From Camelus ferus (Eukaryota), in NCBI RefSeq assembly GCF_009834535.1, contig NC_045707.1:63986001-64050000 (forward strand): DNA of 64,000 nucleotides. The letters are read 5' to 3'. Made by a program: the position numbers and the translations under genes. This document shows positions 12,264 to 26,662 of this stretch, in pieces. Within the stretch, counting starts at the first letter, position 1. Every line of letters begins with the position of its first letter. The notes beneath the pieces are model-generated. The model was not told where the DNA came from, made no database searches, and was given only the letters and a program-made list of their open reading frames with translations.

Positions 12264-15200
12264 TTAAAATTTTTTGTCTTTATTTTTGGCGGGGGAGTTA
12301 ATTAGATTTCTTTATGTATTTTATTTATTGAGTTATAGTCAGTTTACAATATTGTGTCAATTATGTACTTTTAATTAATTTTTTATTTTTTAGTGGAGCA
12401 AAACCTCTAACTGTGTATTGGAACAAAGTTGCACAAAACTTGCAGAATTGGGGTGCAATTCACAGCCCTACATGAATAGGAAGGTAATTGAGAAAGGGAC
12501 TCTATGTCCATAATTATCCGGCAAGGGTTTCTCTAATTCTCACTGATAAACGAAAGTATATAGGTACCTTCTGAACAAACAAATATATTAGAGGAAGGAC
12601 TATTGTCTTTTTCTGAGCCACATGTTTTTGGAATTCAGCAAAGGTGTGCGGGGCAAAAAAAAGGGCAGGAAAGAGAAAATTCCATAACACGTCCACACAC
12701 CTAAAAACCAAAGGCGACCACAGACATCCTTCAAAGTCGTCTTCTCTCTGGGAGGATTTCCTTTAAATCTTTTTCAAAAGCATATGGCTGGCTTTGAAAG
12801 CTTAAATGGCATTTGTCAACTACCAGTAAATCTTTAAAATTGTTTCTGCAAATAGGCCAACTCAGTTTCGGCTTTTCCCATTCATCTCTAGGTAGGAACA
12901 CTGAAGACTTTTTCAGAGCCTAGATAATGCCTTGATTAAAAGGCTCATTCAAGAGGGAAGGCTTCAACATTCACCTTGGGTACAGAGTCATTTCTCCAGG
13001 GGCACTCAGGGGCTGTTATTTCATCTGCAATTGTGCCCCATACAAGACATTTTTTGCCGCAAAGCTTTGAGTGGAGACACTCTTTAGTGAATTGCTGAAA
13101 TCTTGTCCTTCTCTTTGTCACAGCTTGTTATTTTTTATCAAGTGTAATCAATTCAGACAGGAGCCTTAGATTGACAACTTTACAACTGTTACTCTTTAAA
13201 ACAGGCAATGTTTTGTGTTACGTTTCCACGTGCACCAGTGGGCCTGCTCAAACTGACCATACACGTTCCTGGGTAGTCCCTTACTTACCAGTTCATCGTT
13301 TATAACACGGCTTCTGGGAAGCAAACACAGAAACAAATGACCATAGAAGACTAAGGCATTAACAGTATTTGATTATCATTTTAAAAAATCAGTGATGTCT
13401 AGCGAAAATTAATTGCTTATCACACATTATTATTACATAATGTTCCTTGGGCTACATAATATTTTGAAAAGGACTGTTTTTAATTTTATAGAAATACTGT
13501 GAGAATTAATAAGAATTCAGATAAGACTCTGGGAAATCTTTGGATATAGTGATACTGTACAAGTTTAAACACTAAAATACTTCTTTGGGTTTTCATAAGG
13601 TTAAAGTACACCTCATTAGGGATTTCATGTGAGGTTCATCTCTAGAACTTATGGCACCGTTGTGGAAATGGCATGAATGGAATGAGTAGTTTAGAGGCAC
13701 CGTATTCAGAATGATGGCAACTAAAATCTTGGTCTGTGTCATTTTCACACGACCTGCTAAACTGGCGTCAATTATTCTAGCCTTCCAGGTCCAATGGATA
13801 AAGTCAGATTTTACCTCCATCATTGTTCCAAATATTTTCTGACATTACTAATTACTCTGAAGTTACCTGCAGATAGCAGTCTCCTTAGGAAACAACACTA
13901 TTAACCAGCAAACAAACAAATGAAGCCACTTTGATCAGCCCAAGAAAGATCATGGTGATCAGAGACTGACTTCAAGTGACAACCGGCCCTTCCTGAGGCA
14001 GATGAGGAAAGTGACAGCCATCGGGGAGTGTACCACATCTCCAGGACTGAGGCCCCTGGCACTCCTTGTGCCACCATCTCTCCAGGCCAAATTCACCCCA
14101 AAGGCACTGCCACACCAGTGAGGTCTTGAACAAATTCCCTCTCGAATATACAGTTACTCCCACCACCTTTTAACACTTCAGCCTTCTGAAAGCGAGAGAA
14201 AATCGTCCTCACAGTTGCTCTGATGAAGGCAAAGTTCACATTTAGGAAATTGTTCGTGAGGTCCTGGGGAAAGCCGAGGCTTTGGAAACAGGCCTCTTTT
14301 CAAGTCCCCCCTCTCTCCACTATTTATTAGGTTTGTGACCTCAGAAAATTCTTGAACTACTTCGATTTCTTTACTTATGGAATAGAAATAACAAATCTTT
14401 CTGGTTTGATACCAGGAGTAAATAACATAGGGGCAGTCTGGCACATCATAAATGGTGGCTGTTTTTGCTAAAAAAAAAAAAAAAAAAAACTCGCCTGTAT
14501 TATTTTTCTTTTCGTCTTCCTCATCCTCCAAGCATTCAAACCCTGCCTCAAATATGTATTTCAGTAACTCTCATTATCACTCAAGATTCACTGCAATGTT
14601 AAAATTAGTTGCGTTCTCCTTATTTCCAAGGAGGACATCCTGCCAATTTCACTACATAACAGCTCCCCAAAGAGCTGTAGTTATGTTCCTATCTCCTCAG
14701 TTTCCTTAAATTTGGAAAATCTGAAAATGACAACCAGACCATAGATACCCAAGAAAGTCTTGTAATTTTTCAATTCCTTATAATTTGCCAGATCTTCCTA
14801 AGATACTACTCATCAAAGGCCACGGCAGACAGAGGAAACTATTAATCACACACAGAATCTATTTTGGTTTTTTGGCGGGTAACCCAAACACAAAATAGCA
14901 TCACCACGAAGAATTATATATGTGGAACATCTTTTTGTATTACTTTCTTTTTGTCCTCTCAAACAACTGGATGATTTAAAAATTTAATTTGCTACACTCA
15001 CTTTCCATTTCTTCATCATCTTCCCATTTAGTTTCAAGATGATTTTTCTCTGCATGATACCCCCAATTCCATCCCATCTAAGAAGTCACAAATTACTGCA
15101 AGCTTAGTAAGAGCACCTAAAAATTTAAAAACTCTATTTAATAAAAGCAAAATGTTGCTAAAATGACATGAAGGAATTTAAGCCCTTTCAGGGTTGATGA

Positions 15201-16013
15201 TACAGAAGTAACATAATTTCATAATCCTCCTTGCTCCTTCAGTTCTCCTCTTGATTCATAAAAAAGGATTATACCAGTGTATTTTGTCCTCATTAAGAAA
15301 ATACAAACAAAAAAAAAACTGTTCTATTCAATGGATAATTCTCATAGCAGTCTGTCTAGGTGCTGTAATTCATGACTTTCTACTTCTAACATAAAGGCGC
15401 AGGAATCACTCAAGTACACCAGCCATTAGTTGGTGGCAGCCTGCCAGTCTTCCCAGGTGCAGTGTTGGATAAAACATTATCTCATTCTATTGAGTTCTAA
15501 CAGTGTGCTAGACATTGTGCAGTCGGAAAGGCGCACAGAGCAGGTGCAATGACTGCCTTTCGAGAGTTCACAGTCAGAGACCAACAAAACGTCTTCGCTG
15601 CTGTTGTTTCCCTGAATTATTTTTATTTGGACTCTTCTGAGGGCTTTAGGAAGTGGCCATTTGATAAGCCCTGGGCTGCGGATTACCAGAGATTGCTTGT
15701 TTTCTCATTTTCAGTTAACCAGTTTATGTTACCTGCAAAGGGGGGCTTGAGGTAAGTTTCTAAGAGAGGAACTGAGAAACATTTGCCAGGTGTGAAGTGG
15801 CAGGAAGTTTACCCAAAGGACCAGGAAGATACAAATGTAGGAGGAGAGGAAGTTTATGCAGCTGGATGGGAGATGAAGTTGAACTAGGACAGCAGTATTC
15901 TGAGGCCCTTTTGTAACTCCCTGAGGAATCTTAGGAGGCAGCTTGTGTTTAAAAGACAGGTGGAGAAAAGCCAAAGAGCATAAAGATTCTTTGGGACAGT
16001 AGAAATGCACAAA

Positions 16014-16014
16014 C

Positions 16015-16069
<55 letters not shown>
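16014..16069. repeat. (AT)n(TG)23 microsatellite
   Basis: Perfect TG run at 16024-16069. Confidence 0.97.
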
Positions 16070-16070
<1 letters not shown>

Positions 16071-16312
16071 TTAAGACAGGAAAGGAACCGGGTAGAAGGT
16101 TAAAGGGGGCTATGTAAAGAAGAGAAGGAAAAATGGAGGAGGAGGATTAAAGTCTGAAATAATTTCCCAGATCCTACTGAGGGCTGGTCATTCTCAGAGC
16201 AGCACTGCCTCACTGGGGTAAGTCAACTCCCATTACTTTCCTAAGAAACATGGCCACCTTGCCTGTCCCCTCCCTCTTCCAGACTAAATCCTTCTTGACC
16301 AGTTACAGGGGA

Positions 16313-16725
16313 TGTTATGGTATGCCACTCAGGTGCCCCCTTTCAGAAATGACTTGCTCATCCGGCACAGCTAGAACTCCAGTTGGGTCCCCCTGCTGAG
16401 CAATTAAGGTGAGCCTCCTTGCTCAAGGTCACACTCTGCGGTGGGGGTGGGGACGGAGAAACCTACATCTGATAACTGGTCAGTGTGAGGTTTGAAGGTT
16501 TGAAGAGACCCTTCTGAAGGGCCACCCCGATGTTAAGAGCTCCCTGGAGGGCTGGCTGGGGACTTTGTTGCAACCTCATCCCAGTTCAGCATCTTCCTTC
16601 CTCTGCCCAGTTCTGCCTTGGTCACTTCCTTCTGTCCCTGCAGGTTTGATCCTGAGGGCGTGCCCCAGGACACGTTCTGTACTCAAATCGCCAACTCTGA
16701 GCCTGCTTCCCGGGAAAGCCTTTCT
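16313..16725 (+). mobile_element. ERVL solo LTR, LTR16-like
   Basis: Starts with TGT. Internal caaggtcacac, gaagggcca..agagctccc and ctctgcccagttctgcc motifs. 3' end tgatcctgagggcgtgcccc...ctctgagcctgcttcccgggaa is typical of LTR16. Confidence 0.7.
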
Positions 16726-17959
16726 TTTCTAACCTACTCTCCTGTTTTCTGAACAGAAAGATCTCATGCCAATTTTTCATGCTCAAAGAATTCCAAATTA
16801 AATACCACTACTAGAATAAAGCAAAATGATTATGATATTGAATGTACCTACTCGAACAACAGCCACAGCCTCACGCTGCCTGGCTTGCTGGAATTCACTT
16901 TAATATAGACTTGGGATGATTTCCCATCTGTCTACTTGAGGGCTGTAATTGTAGCTTAGATGATGTAATTCTGATTTTTTTCTTAATTTGGTTGTTCCTT
17001 TTTTCTGTCTCTTTCCCTCCATCTTCTGGATCAGACTAGAGCCCCACCTCTCCTCTATTGATATTAACCCCTCAGGGCAGTCATCATCTTTGTAAAACAT
17101 TTATTAAGTGTACTGAATGGTACAAATTTCTGAATATGTCAGATGTCCCTAGCTAGACTGTAAACTTTGGTGGGTTGAGGTTGTCTCAGTCTTTATTATG
17201 CTTCGCATGAAGTTCAAAGTTTATTCTGTGCACTGCTCCTGGTTCTGTATTAACCACTCTGCGTAGGAGTACATAGCTTCTTCCCTCCCTTTCTCCCATC
17301 TTCCTTTCTTCTTCTCACTCAGCAAAGGATTACTGGTACCTACTATGTGGCACGCAGTGTACTAGACTCACAGGACTCCACAGGAGACAACACAAAGTTC
17401 TTGACTTTCTAGAGTCTGACACTGAGGTATGTGTCATGGAAACAAACATTAAACTAATCACAATGCCAATAAAATTTAATTACAGTTGTAAATGTGATGC
17501 AAAATAAGATTTTGATACAAAACCATGATATAAATAATCTTTTTAAAACTAGCATTTAAGTCCACTATATAATCACATATTCTGGCAGAGGCTTCTACAG
17601 CACTTCGGCCAACAGTTCACACATCAGAGGGCCATCAGGTAATCTCTGATGCAGTGCTTTGTTTTCAGCTATACCCACAAAGGTCTCTAAACACTTTTGG
17701 ATTAAAAGGCAGACAAGTCAAAAACTTTTTTATGGTCACTAGATGTACTGGAGACTCCACACACATGTATATTACATACACAAAATACAATTCATACATG
17801 CTAAATTTTACTCTAACAACCTACAGAGAAGTAATAAGAAATGCAAGAAAGATACTAATCTTTTCAAACTGAGTAATCAATTAACTTAATATCTCCTTCA
17901 GTGAATTGGTCTTGAAGCCACTCGGCCAATGAGAGATTTGAAGAGAGGGACTTAGATAA

Positions 17960-18200
17960 TCACCATTGTCATCATCGTAGTCGACCTTTTTTGCCTGCTT
18001 TCTGTATGTTAGGTGCTGTCCTGAGCACTTTACTGACGTGGTCTACTTTCATCTTCCTCTGCAGTGACCACCGTCACCATATACAGATGTAGAAACTGAG
18101 GTTTTGAGAGATCAAGTAATTTACTCAAAGTCACACATCCAGTAAGTGACGAAGCTAAGATCCTAACCTAAATGTTTCTGATGCCGAGGTCTGGGTGAAG
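17960..18200 (-). mobile_element. MIR SINE
   Basis: tacagatgtagaaactgaggttttgagagatcaagtaatttactcaaagtcacacatccagtaagtgac. Confidence 0.75.
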
Positions 18201-21200
18201 CTCTCGCCTGAGGCTAAGAGAACATGCAGCCAGAACCTGCTCCAGAACCTGCTCCAGGTCGCCGCCTAGCGCTGGGCAGCTGTGCACTGCACAGTTCCTG
18301 GAGCTGTGTGATCCGGTGATCGTGGTCGCCTGTGTTCAAAAGAGACACCCACTGTTCATTTCCAGATCTACCAAATAACAGCCTTTGGGGTGGTAGGATG
18401 TGGACTTAAAAAAAAAAATCTCCCCGAGTGATTCTGAATTTTGCCCATTAGGAACTATTGAACTAGGGTATAAATGCATTCAAATATTTATGGAATTTTA
18501 TCTAATCTACCGTGAAGTGGCTGAATTAAGTGTGCTATCACCGTCAACACTGCAACCAGATTTTTAATAAAGTATCACCACAGGTGATATCTCTTTAAGT
18601 ACGATTTTGCTTATCTGCTGATTTATACTAACTTGTAAAGGCATCATCCTAACCCACGACACAATTATTATTAAAAGTTCAGGCCCCTTACAGCCCATTG
18701 GCCTCCACGTATGACCTCAAACGAGAGAACTAAAGTTGCCTGGGACATTTCAGTGACGTGTTTTGAAGCCATGCATGAAGGTGCTACGTCTGAGGCACTG
18801 GACAACAATAGGCATGGTGGCTTTTAAGTAAGGAGACGTGCAGCCAAAGCTGGCAAGAGGAGACACAACCGGCCAAAGTGCAAGGGCAAGCCGGTGGGGC
18901 AGGGGACAGAGTGAGCGGAAAACTGCAGTGGGCCAAACGGGACTGAACGTGAATGTGTCACAAAAGAGGACGACTGGCATCTGCCTGGCAGGACAATGAC
19001 TCCTGGCCACGGAATTGGAGGTGGCACCTGAGAAGAGCCTGAAGGAAGGGTTTTCACGTGTGTAGGTGGAAAGCAGCCAGTCCAGCCAGAGACACTGGTA
19101 AGAGCAGAGGTGCAGAGGCGGGGAAGCAAGGAGGAAGTTAGGAAAATGGGGTCCAGTCCAATTTGCCTGAGGAATAGGAAACCTGAAGGGAAGGTACGGA
19201 AAAACAGGGCCAAGAGGTAAAAATCATAGAATTGCTTTAGCTTTAAATTAATCCAGTATTTCAATTTGCTCCGGACGACACTGAGATAAAGCAACATTAA
19301 ATGACAACCAGGAGGAGGCCAATCTGACTCCAGGGAACTGCGTCCTGGCATCGCAGCCCCGCGGGGCTCCTGTCGCTGCTGGGGCGCAGCTGGGCGTGAC
19401 TGGAGCTGACTGTGGAGACCTCGTGTGTGGGGCGATGGGACGGGAGCTCTGCAGTCTCGGGGTGTCACTGCAACTTTCTGAACAGAGAAGCGACGTGAAG
19501 TTTATGACGATGAATCAGGCAGCGGTGCATGTGTGAGATGACACGGAAGTAAGGGGAACAACTAGGAGACTGCCTGGGTGCACCGGACGTGGATAATGGG
19601 CTTTACTAGCCCATTTCACAGATAAGGAAACTGAGCTTTGGACCGTGGCCAGACCCAGGTCTGGTGGATTCTGAAGCGTGTGCATCTGGAGGCTGGAACT
19701 GTGGCGCGCTCACTCGGCGGAGGGAGGCAAGGAGGGATGGCCGGCCAAGTCTACTCCCGCCCAGTAGTCGGGAAGATGGAGGGCTGAGAAAAGACCACTT
19801 GGATTTGGCAGTAGGAGGTCCATGGTGGTGTTTCAGAGAGTGAGTTCAGTTGATCGGTGGGGGTGGCAGGGTGATTTCAAAAGGAGGGAAAGAGGGAGTG
19901 GCTGGTAGTGAACTGGGGTCAGTGAATGTGGCCTCCTCTCTCAAGAATTTTGGCAGAGAGGAAGGAGAAAGAAGGGAAAGGAATTCGAGGAAACAACAGA
20001 ACAGAGAGAGGAATCCCTTATTCCATCCACAGGAAATATTTATATAACATGTAGAGATGCCCGCTACCGTGCTAGAGAAACACGATGATTAATAGACTGA
20101 CTGGAGAGAGACAGAGGATGCTCCCATAATAACTACTGTAAGTGGAAATCCTTTTACTGGGTAACATGCCAGGTTGCCAAATTTAATATAGTATGGAATA
20201 GTACCAGCCCTTCGATGTCAAACTTCCAGAAGAAAATGACCTGATAGTGTCTTGATCTGTGTGTCCTCCCAAAGCACCTCGCGTGGCACACTCTCAAGAA
20301 ATGTCTGCTAAATAAATCACCCGTGGGAGGTAAGAGGGCAATCCAAGATGGGGTCGCTTTGGAAAAGAGGCAAGACTTGTCCCGTCTGAGACATGAGGGA
20401 GAGGGAGGTGGGGTGGGGAGGACTCACAGGTCACCAGAGCCTGGAGGTCTAGATAAAGCTAAACTGTGGATTCCAGCGGCAGTGCTCATGGCTGGAAGAG
20501 GTGCGGGAGTTAAGATTATGGCCCCCAAATGAGAATGGATGAGGAGCAATTCCTGGGGCAGACCTGTCACGATCCTGCTTTCAGCAGAGGCAGCAATGGC
20601 CAAAGACGCTTAGAAGTGGGTGGGATTGAGTTTCCAGGGGCCACAGAGTTGAGGGTGCCATCCAGAAACCTTTCATTCATTTATTCTTAGTTTGGAGGCT
20701 GGGAAAGGATGTGGAGAAGGAAGGAAATTAGCCCTGTTTGACAACTGGAAATGGAAGGGGAGTCCAAGCAGGGCTGGAATGGAAGCCACGACATAAGGGA
20801 GGAGGAAGAATTGGAGCTGATGGCTCCCGAGGAGAGAAGCTGGTATGGAGGAAGCCCCCAGTGAGAGTCCACTTCAACTTTTCTGCGGGTTCGTGGACCC
20901 GCGATGTCTGTGCGTTAGACGTGCCTGGGGGTGTTCGTTTGCAAGCCAAGCATTCCTTGCTGTACATGAAGTTAGTCCAGTGTGCTGTTTGTACTAAAAT
21001 GGATGATTCTCTCATTTAGCAGGTGGCAAAACAAATCAGAAAGGGGTGAGGGTAACCCTCAGTCATGTAATTCATCAATTGTAGGGCAAGGGTAAAACCT
21101 CAGGCTGTAGCGGCCTGGTCTCCTGTGGAGGGCCCAGTCATGGCAAGAAAAACCCAAACAGAGGCCCGAGACTTCATCTGGCAGGCGTCCGTCCTGATTC

Positions 21201-21559
21201 GAACTTCACTTTAACCAGTTTCTCCACGCGAAACGCTCAGTCTCTCCTCCTGCATTCTTGCGTCCACTCTGATGCTGCTTTCCGTCTCTTCAGAGCTCTC
21301 TCTTGTCCACTTGCTGTTGCCTCACGTACAGCAAAGCTGAAAACTTCTCGCCCTGTGCCTCCCCACTCCCATGTCTCTGCTGATGGGGTCCCTGCACTCT
21401 GAAGGATGTGCCCCACCCACGTGGTAAAAATCCTCCCCATCCTTTAAGAGCAGAGCATACGCACACCCCCCTCTCTGGTGGGAAGTATTTTCAGCCCCAG
21501 GTGGAGTGAATGGTTCCCTTCTCCATGCTTCCACGGGACTTTATACCGACCTCTACGAC

Positions 21560-21765
21560 CTTGTATGTACTACCTGCCAGACACTGTTCTCAGGGCTCTG
21601 CAGATAATAGCCCTCATGAGCTACCTAGGAGAAGCGTTCTGTTTGCAGATGAGGAAACTGCAGCCGCAGAGGCGTTGGATGATTGGCCCAAGGTAACAGG
21701 TGGCGGGGCCAGGATTCCAATAAAGAGTGTCTGACCCCAGAATGAGGCTCTTAACCACTGTACTG
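21560..21765 (-). mobile_element. MIR SINE within L2-like sequence
   Basis: ttgcagatgaggaaactgcagccgcagag...gcccaaggtaacag...ctcttaaccactgtactg. Confidence 0.7.
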
Positions 21766-24700
21766 CCTTGATTCACTTGTCTGTCTTCCTCGATCAAACC
21801 GTGAACTCCAGCAAGCAGAGGCTGTTCCTTAATTCATCTCTGGTTCTTGGGCTTAGTCTAGAATCTGCCTGACATTAAGTGCCCAGCAAATATTAGGTGA
21901 ATAATTGAAAGAATGAATAGATGTGCACACTTAGGTCTGACCAGCTCCCCCTTGTGAGCAAAAACTGGAAGAGTTTACTGTGAATGAGAGAAGGACGGAG
22001 GGAAACCTTGCCTTCTACTTCTTGGCTCCCCATTGAATCCAGGAGAAAACATACAGGTCCTTACAACATGTTACCACCTCCTTTTTTCAGGTTATTCTTA
22101 GGAGTACAAATAAATGAATTCATTACTGTGTTTCAGAAGGATTGGAAATGAATTCGGATGCCCAGTAAAACTAGAAGCTGGTAAAGGAGAAAGCACACTT
22201 ACGAAATCAGACTACAACTATAGGGCCCCCTGCCATAAAGATCTTTGTAATATATTCCTAGGAGAGGTGCCTAGTAATGCTAGGTCAGATCTTAGAGGGA
22301 GATCCTGCCCCCTAGGGGTAACCCTGTTAGACCTCCCGTAGTGCAAGGTGCTTACTGGTCCTTAGCATCATGCTCTATGTTTATACAGAGGAGAGCTCAG
22401 CCAGTGCTCACACTTAAACAGGAAAGTCTGCCTAGATTGCTCTTTCTCTCTCTCCTGGCCAACTCCAACTCAGCCTCCAAGTCTCAGATTGAATGCCACT
22501 TCCTAAAGGAAGTCTTGCCTGATCACCAGCACCAGGCAGGTTCTCTTTCACTGCACTCCCATTCTCCATCAGGGCGCTTTCATAATCTTAATAATATACA
22601 TTTAAATAGGCATTTTCTTAATGTCTGTCTCCTCTGCAGAGGCAGGGATTGTGTCCACCCTGGGCACTGCAACACTCTTAGCGGCTAGCACAAAATAGGT
22701 AATTGACAAACATTAATTTTGTGAATGAACGAACAAATGGGGAGGAACATAAAGTTGATACTATTAAGATCGCCTCCGCAGCCAGAGATTGACTTCTTAG
22801 TCCTAACTGTTGCCATCTTTTCTAGCCCTTATGACAATGTAAGCCACAAAGTAAAAATATTTGCATTTTTAAACACTGTTATTCCTAAGCACTTTTAAGA
22901 CAATGACAAAAGAGTTGAAATGTTTGTTGACGGCAGTTTTCCAAACTAAGGGGAGGGCGTGAGCGTAAAAAAGTGAATCAGATTATTTTGAATAATTTTA
23001 AAAACAAGGCAGAACAGTGTCCTGATTTTCTAGTTTCCTGTGTAATTTTTTGGTAACAGTAGTTTCTATCTAACTTTGAAACTTGGGTGAGCTCCCACCT
23101 CACAGAGAGATCCTTTTAAAAGATCTACTTATCTTATAAGACACATTGAGGCAGACATGAAATACACACTTTGTATCTAACAGCCTTAGCAAAGGAGATT
23201 AGTAGCCAAAAAAGCAATTAAGTTTACAGTTGGGTTATAGATACCGTATCTGGTACAATAGCTCGGAAAGGAAGTAAAGTAAAGGTCACATCAACAAGAA
23301 AAAGAAGTAACACTAAATAGTGGATTTGTTTTTTTCTTTGAAGAAACAAAATCCTATATTCCAAAATCTTTCCCTCTCATCTAATAACTACATGTGTTTG
23401 GGTGTTCAGAAAAAACAGGAGAGGAGGTTGCGGTGTTACTGAAGTTGGTAACTGGCACAAAAGCCCCGTGAACCAGGCTGTGAAATTTAAGCACCTGGGG
23501 AGTCGGGTTCCTGATGGGCTTTTTTCAATTTGATCTCAGATCTGACTATAGGATATCCAGGATTGTAGAATCCCAAGCGGGCTGTGTCTGGATGTTTTAG
23601 AGGAGCGGTGGTTTTAGGGTTCAAACAAACATATCCAACTACCCCCAACAACTTAAATACAGCAATTTAAATGCAGAGCTTCTGGAAAAACCAACAGTGC
23701 TTTTTAAGGAAGAGGCAATAATTGTACCTTTTCACTTGAAGGTAAAGGTCTCTCTGCAAAAGAATGGGGCTGTATGACAGATACTAATTATAAATCACCC
23801 TTTGTAATTCTGTTTAGTTACATAGCATTGTAGGTCCCAGGATTTACAATGGTGGGGCAGCCCATGAAACCATCTTTAGCCGGAGTTCCTCTTGTGTGTC
23901 AGTATCCTATTTTGAACTAACAATGCTCTCAGATGAGCCGAAAAGATGTATTTAGCTCCCACCATTACAATTTCTGATCCTCTTTACTTTAGCTCTTTTG
24001 AAATAACATGAAAGCTTTGGCTTGCTAATTACTTTTATCCAGCCCATAGAAAAATTAGTTTATCTTCCTGATCAAAGCAAATTAGGCAGATCATGGCTGA
24101 TTAGAATGCAACAGTAAAATCGCCATACTTTCTCTTCCATCCCCTTTCTCTCAGAAATAGGGCCTGTGTCAAATACGTAGGTATTTCCCACGGCCAGGCC
24201 GGACTCTGTTTCCAACAGGGACTGCAGGCTTGGACAATGGTTCTTACACAGACACCAAAGTTCTTTAGTTCAGTCATTGTGTTCGAAAAGAACGAGTCAC
24301 CCCTTAGCTAGCATTTGATGAAACCCCTAGATTTACATATTTCCTTAATTGCGTTTTTGAATGTGAGTGAGATTTATCTGACCAGAGTTAAATGCCTCCT
24401 TTATTCCCCTACCCAAGGCAAAATTCAACTCCATGCTCTTAAAAAAAGGGAGGTGGGAGGGGTGTATGGACTCTTACTCAGTTCCGATCTGAACGAACTT
24501 CAAGGCTTCAATAAAGTGGGATGAGGGAGTTCCATTACCAAAGACAGGAAAGATAGACCTTTACTTTCCAAAGTGGAAATGTCAATTTCTAAAGCTTTGG
24601 TTTACCCCGCACTTTCCAAAAGCCTATTTTGATTTTAAGAATGAATGCGATTCCTTGTTGCCAAATTCCCTAAGTCGGTAGCTAAAAAGCTCCCCCACGA

Positions 24701-26660
24701 TTGTCCTTCGTAATTTCTCACTAAAATTTCGATGTGATCGTAAAAGCTTGAAAGTTGAGTTTTTACTTCCTTTACTTATTTACTATAAATTAACAGTAAA
24801 TCTTGTACTTAGCTCCATTTAAACCTCCCTCTGCAGCTGCCCATCTGAAAATTAAAATGGTTGCCTTCTTTCACTTCAGTGGGCACAATACAAAACATCC
24901 ATTGAGCTTTCTCTTTATTGCAGCTGCCAATGCCCAGCCGACTTTTAACAAACCAACCGAGCGGAATCACAATGCAGCTGCAACATTTTATGGTATTTCT
25001 GTTGGTTCTCTTTTGAGACTGAAGGTGTTAATTAGGAATCAAAGAACACAACCCTGCCGGCTTTCTTTCACAAACCATACCCTGGTCACTGCAGTTTTCA
25101 GAAGAAAATAAATCTAATAAAGGGATAAAAATGTTGTTTGTCACACCAGTAAAGTGTACTTAAGACCCTTTGATCAAAAGTTTTTTATGTAGTCTTGTCA
25201 GATGGGCTGGAAATATTGTATTTTCCCCTTTTCTTTCCCTTCTTCATGCAGACTTCTCTGAGTTTTGAATTTAATTTACGGCTGTCTGGAAGAAAAAAGG
25301 ATAAGCATGGAGATATGTAGGATTCTTTATAGGTGATAACTGGTCTCAGAGAGTAGAATCATTTTGCTCCTTAGAAAATTAAAATTATGTTCAACAGTCC
25401 ATGATGTTACAGCCTCACACAACACTGCGCCTTCTGTTAGCATATTTACGATATTCTAACTATAGGTTCTCATGTTTACGCGCCTATGCGTCTATCAGTA
25501 CACTATTTAGTGTAATGATGATTATTTATTATGTGAATCTGTGTTTTAGAGGGTCCTTTTTGCATACACAGAATTAAGTGTTTTCATAAGCATAAAAACC
25601 ATGTATTTCTATACACACACACATGCAAACATGTAGATGATGTTAATTTATCAAGTAGTTTGTCATTTTCTATAGTTTTTTATGCATCTCGAGGATCATG
25701 CATTCGAATGTAACAGCGTGAAGTCGTTACCTTTAATCTTCAGTCAAAGTTAAAAGCTTCAAGTAAGTTTATGAAGTTAGCACTGCTGGGAATCAGTCAA
25801 GCCTGCTAGCTTTCTCAGCACGAGGTTTTGCTGCCAGATGCACAAATCATGCCAAAATCCATTAATCCTGCTTGAGAGAGGCAGAAAGAAGGTCTGCTTG
25901 TTGATTTAATGTTAATGAAATGAATGGGCTCCTGAGGCTACCTACAGAGGCCCCTAAACTGTAAAACAAATAAAGTCACTTTGAGGGATGCTCACGGCCG
26001 GGGAGTAAACAGTGCTCCCAGATTTGCTGCGCAAAACGGGCTTGACTGCGGGTGTGCCGAGGCCTCCCGTTCTCTGCAATCCTGCCACACCTGCCCTTGC
26101 ATGATACCTACCCACGTCAAGCTGATGGGTTCACAGAATGATTGAATTAGGAGAGACCTCAGAACAAGCGCTCCCCTCTCTCACTCCGCAGATGCGAAAA
26201 CTGAGGCAGGGAGGTTATGCATCTTACGGAGGCCCCAAGGCTGGGCAGCAGGGGTAGCCAGACCTTATTCAGTGGCTCTCGAAACTTGACTGCACGCTGA
26301 ATTTGCCTGGGGGAGCAAAAAATCTCCCCAAAGCGTAGCTTCTTCCCCCAGAGATTCCGATTTAGTTGGTTTGGTGTGTGATCTGGGCCTCAAGAGGGTT
26401 AACGTTAGGTCTCAGATGGAGCTGAGATGCAGACAAGCTGGAGGAGCATGGATCTAGACTTCTGATCTAGAACGCTGCTCCTCTGCATGGTTTGGTTTGG
26501 TTGGGTTTTGCTGCACCGTAGTATTAATGATTTCCCAGCTCCCAGCAGTGTGTCAGTTGCCTTATTTCCCTGTAGATCCAGAAGATACAGGTATTTTGAG
26601 ATTTTGAGGTTGTTTTCAAACGAGTTTCTGTTTTTCCTATGTGTAAATGCAGAGGTGTGC

Positions 26661-26662
<2 letters not shown>

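Noticed and set aside
18230..18257. 12-bp tandem duplication ccagaacctgct
   Set aside because: Ordinary slippage duplication, with no spacer structure.
19355..19368. 14-bp perfect palindrome agccccgcggggct
   Set aside because: A single short palindrome is plausible by chance in 64 kb and has no supporting context.
18824..19468. 214-aa minus-strand ORF
   Set aside because: No recognisable domain, non-ATG start, and it lies in intronic, partly L2-like sequence.
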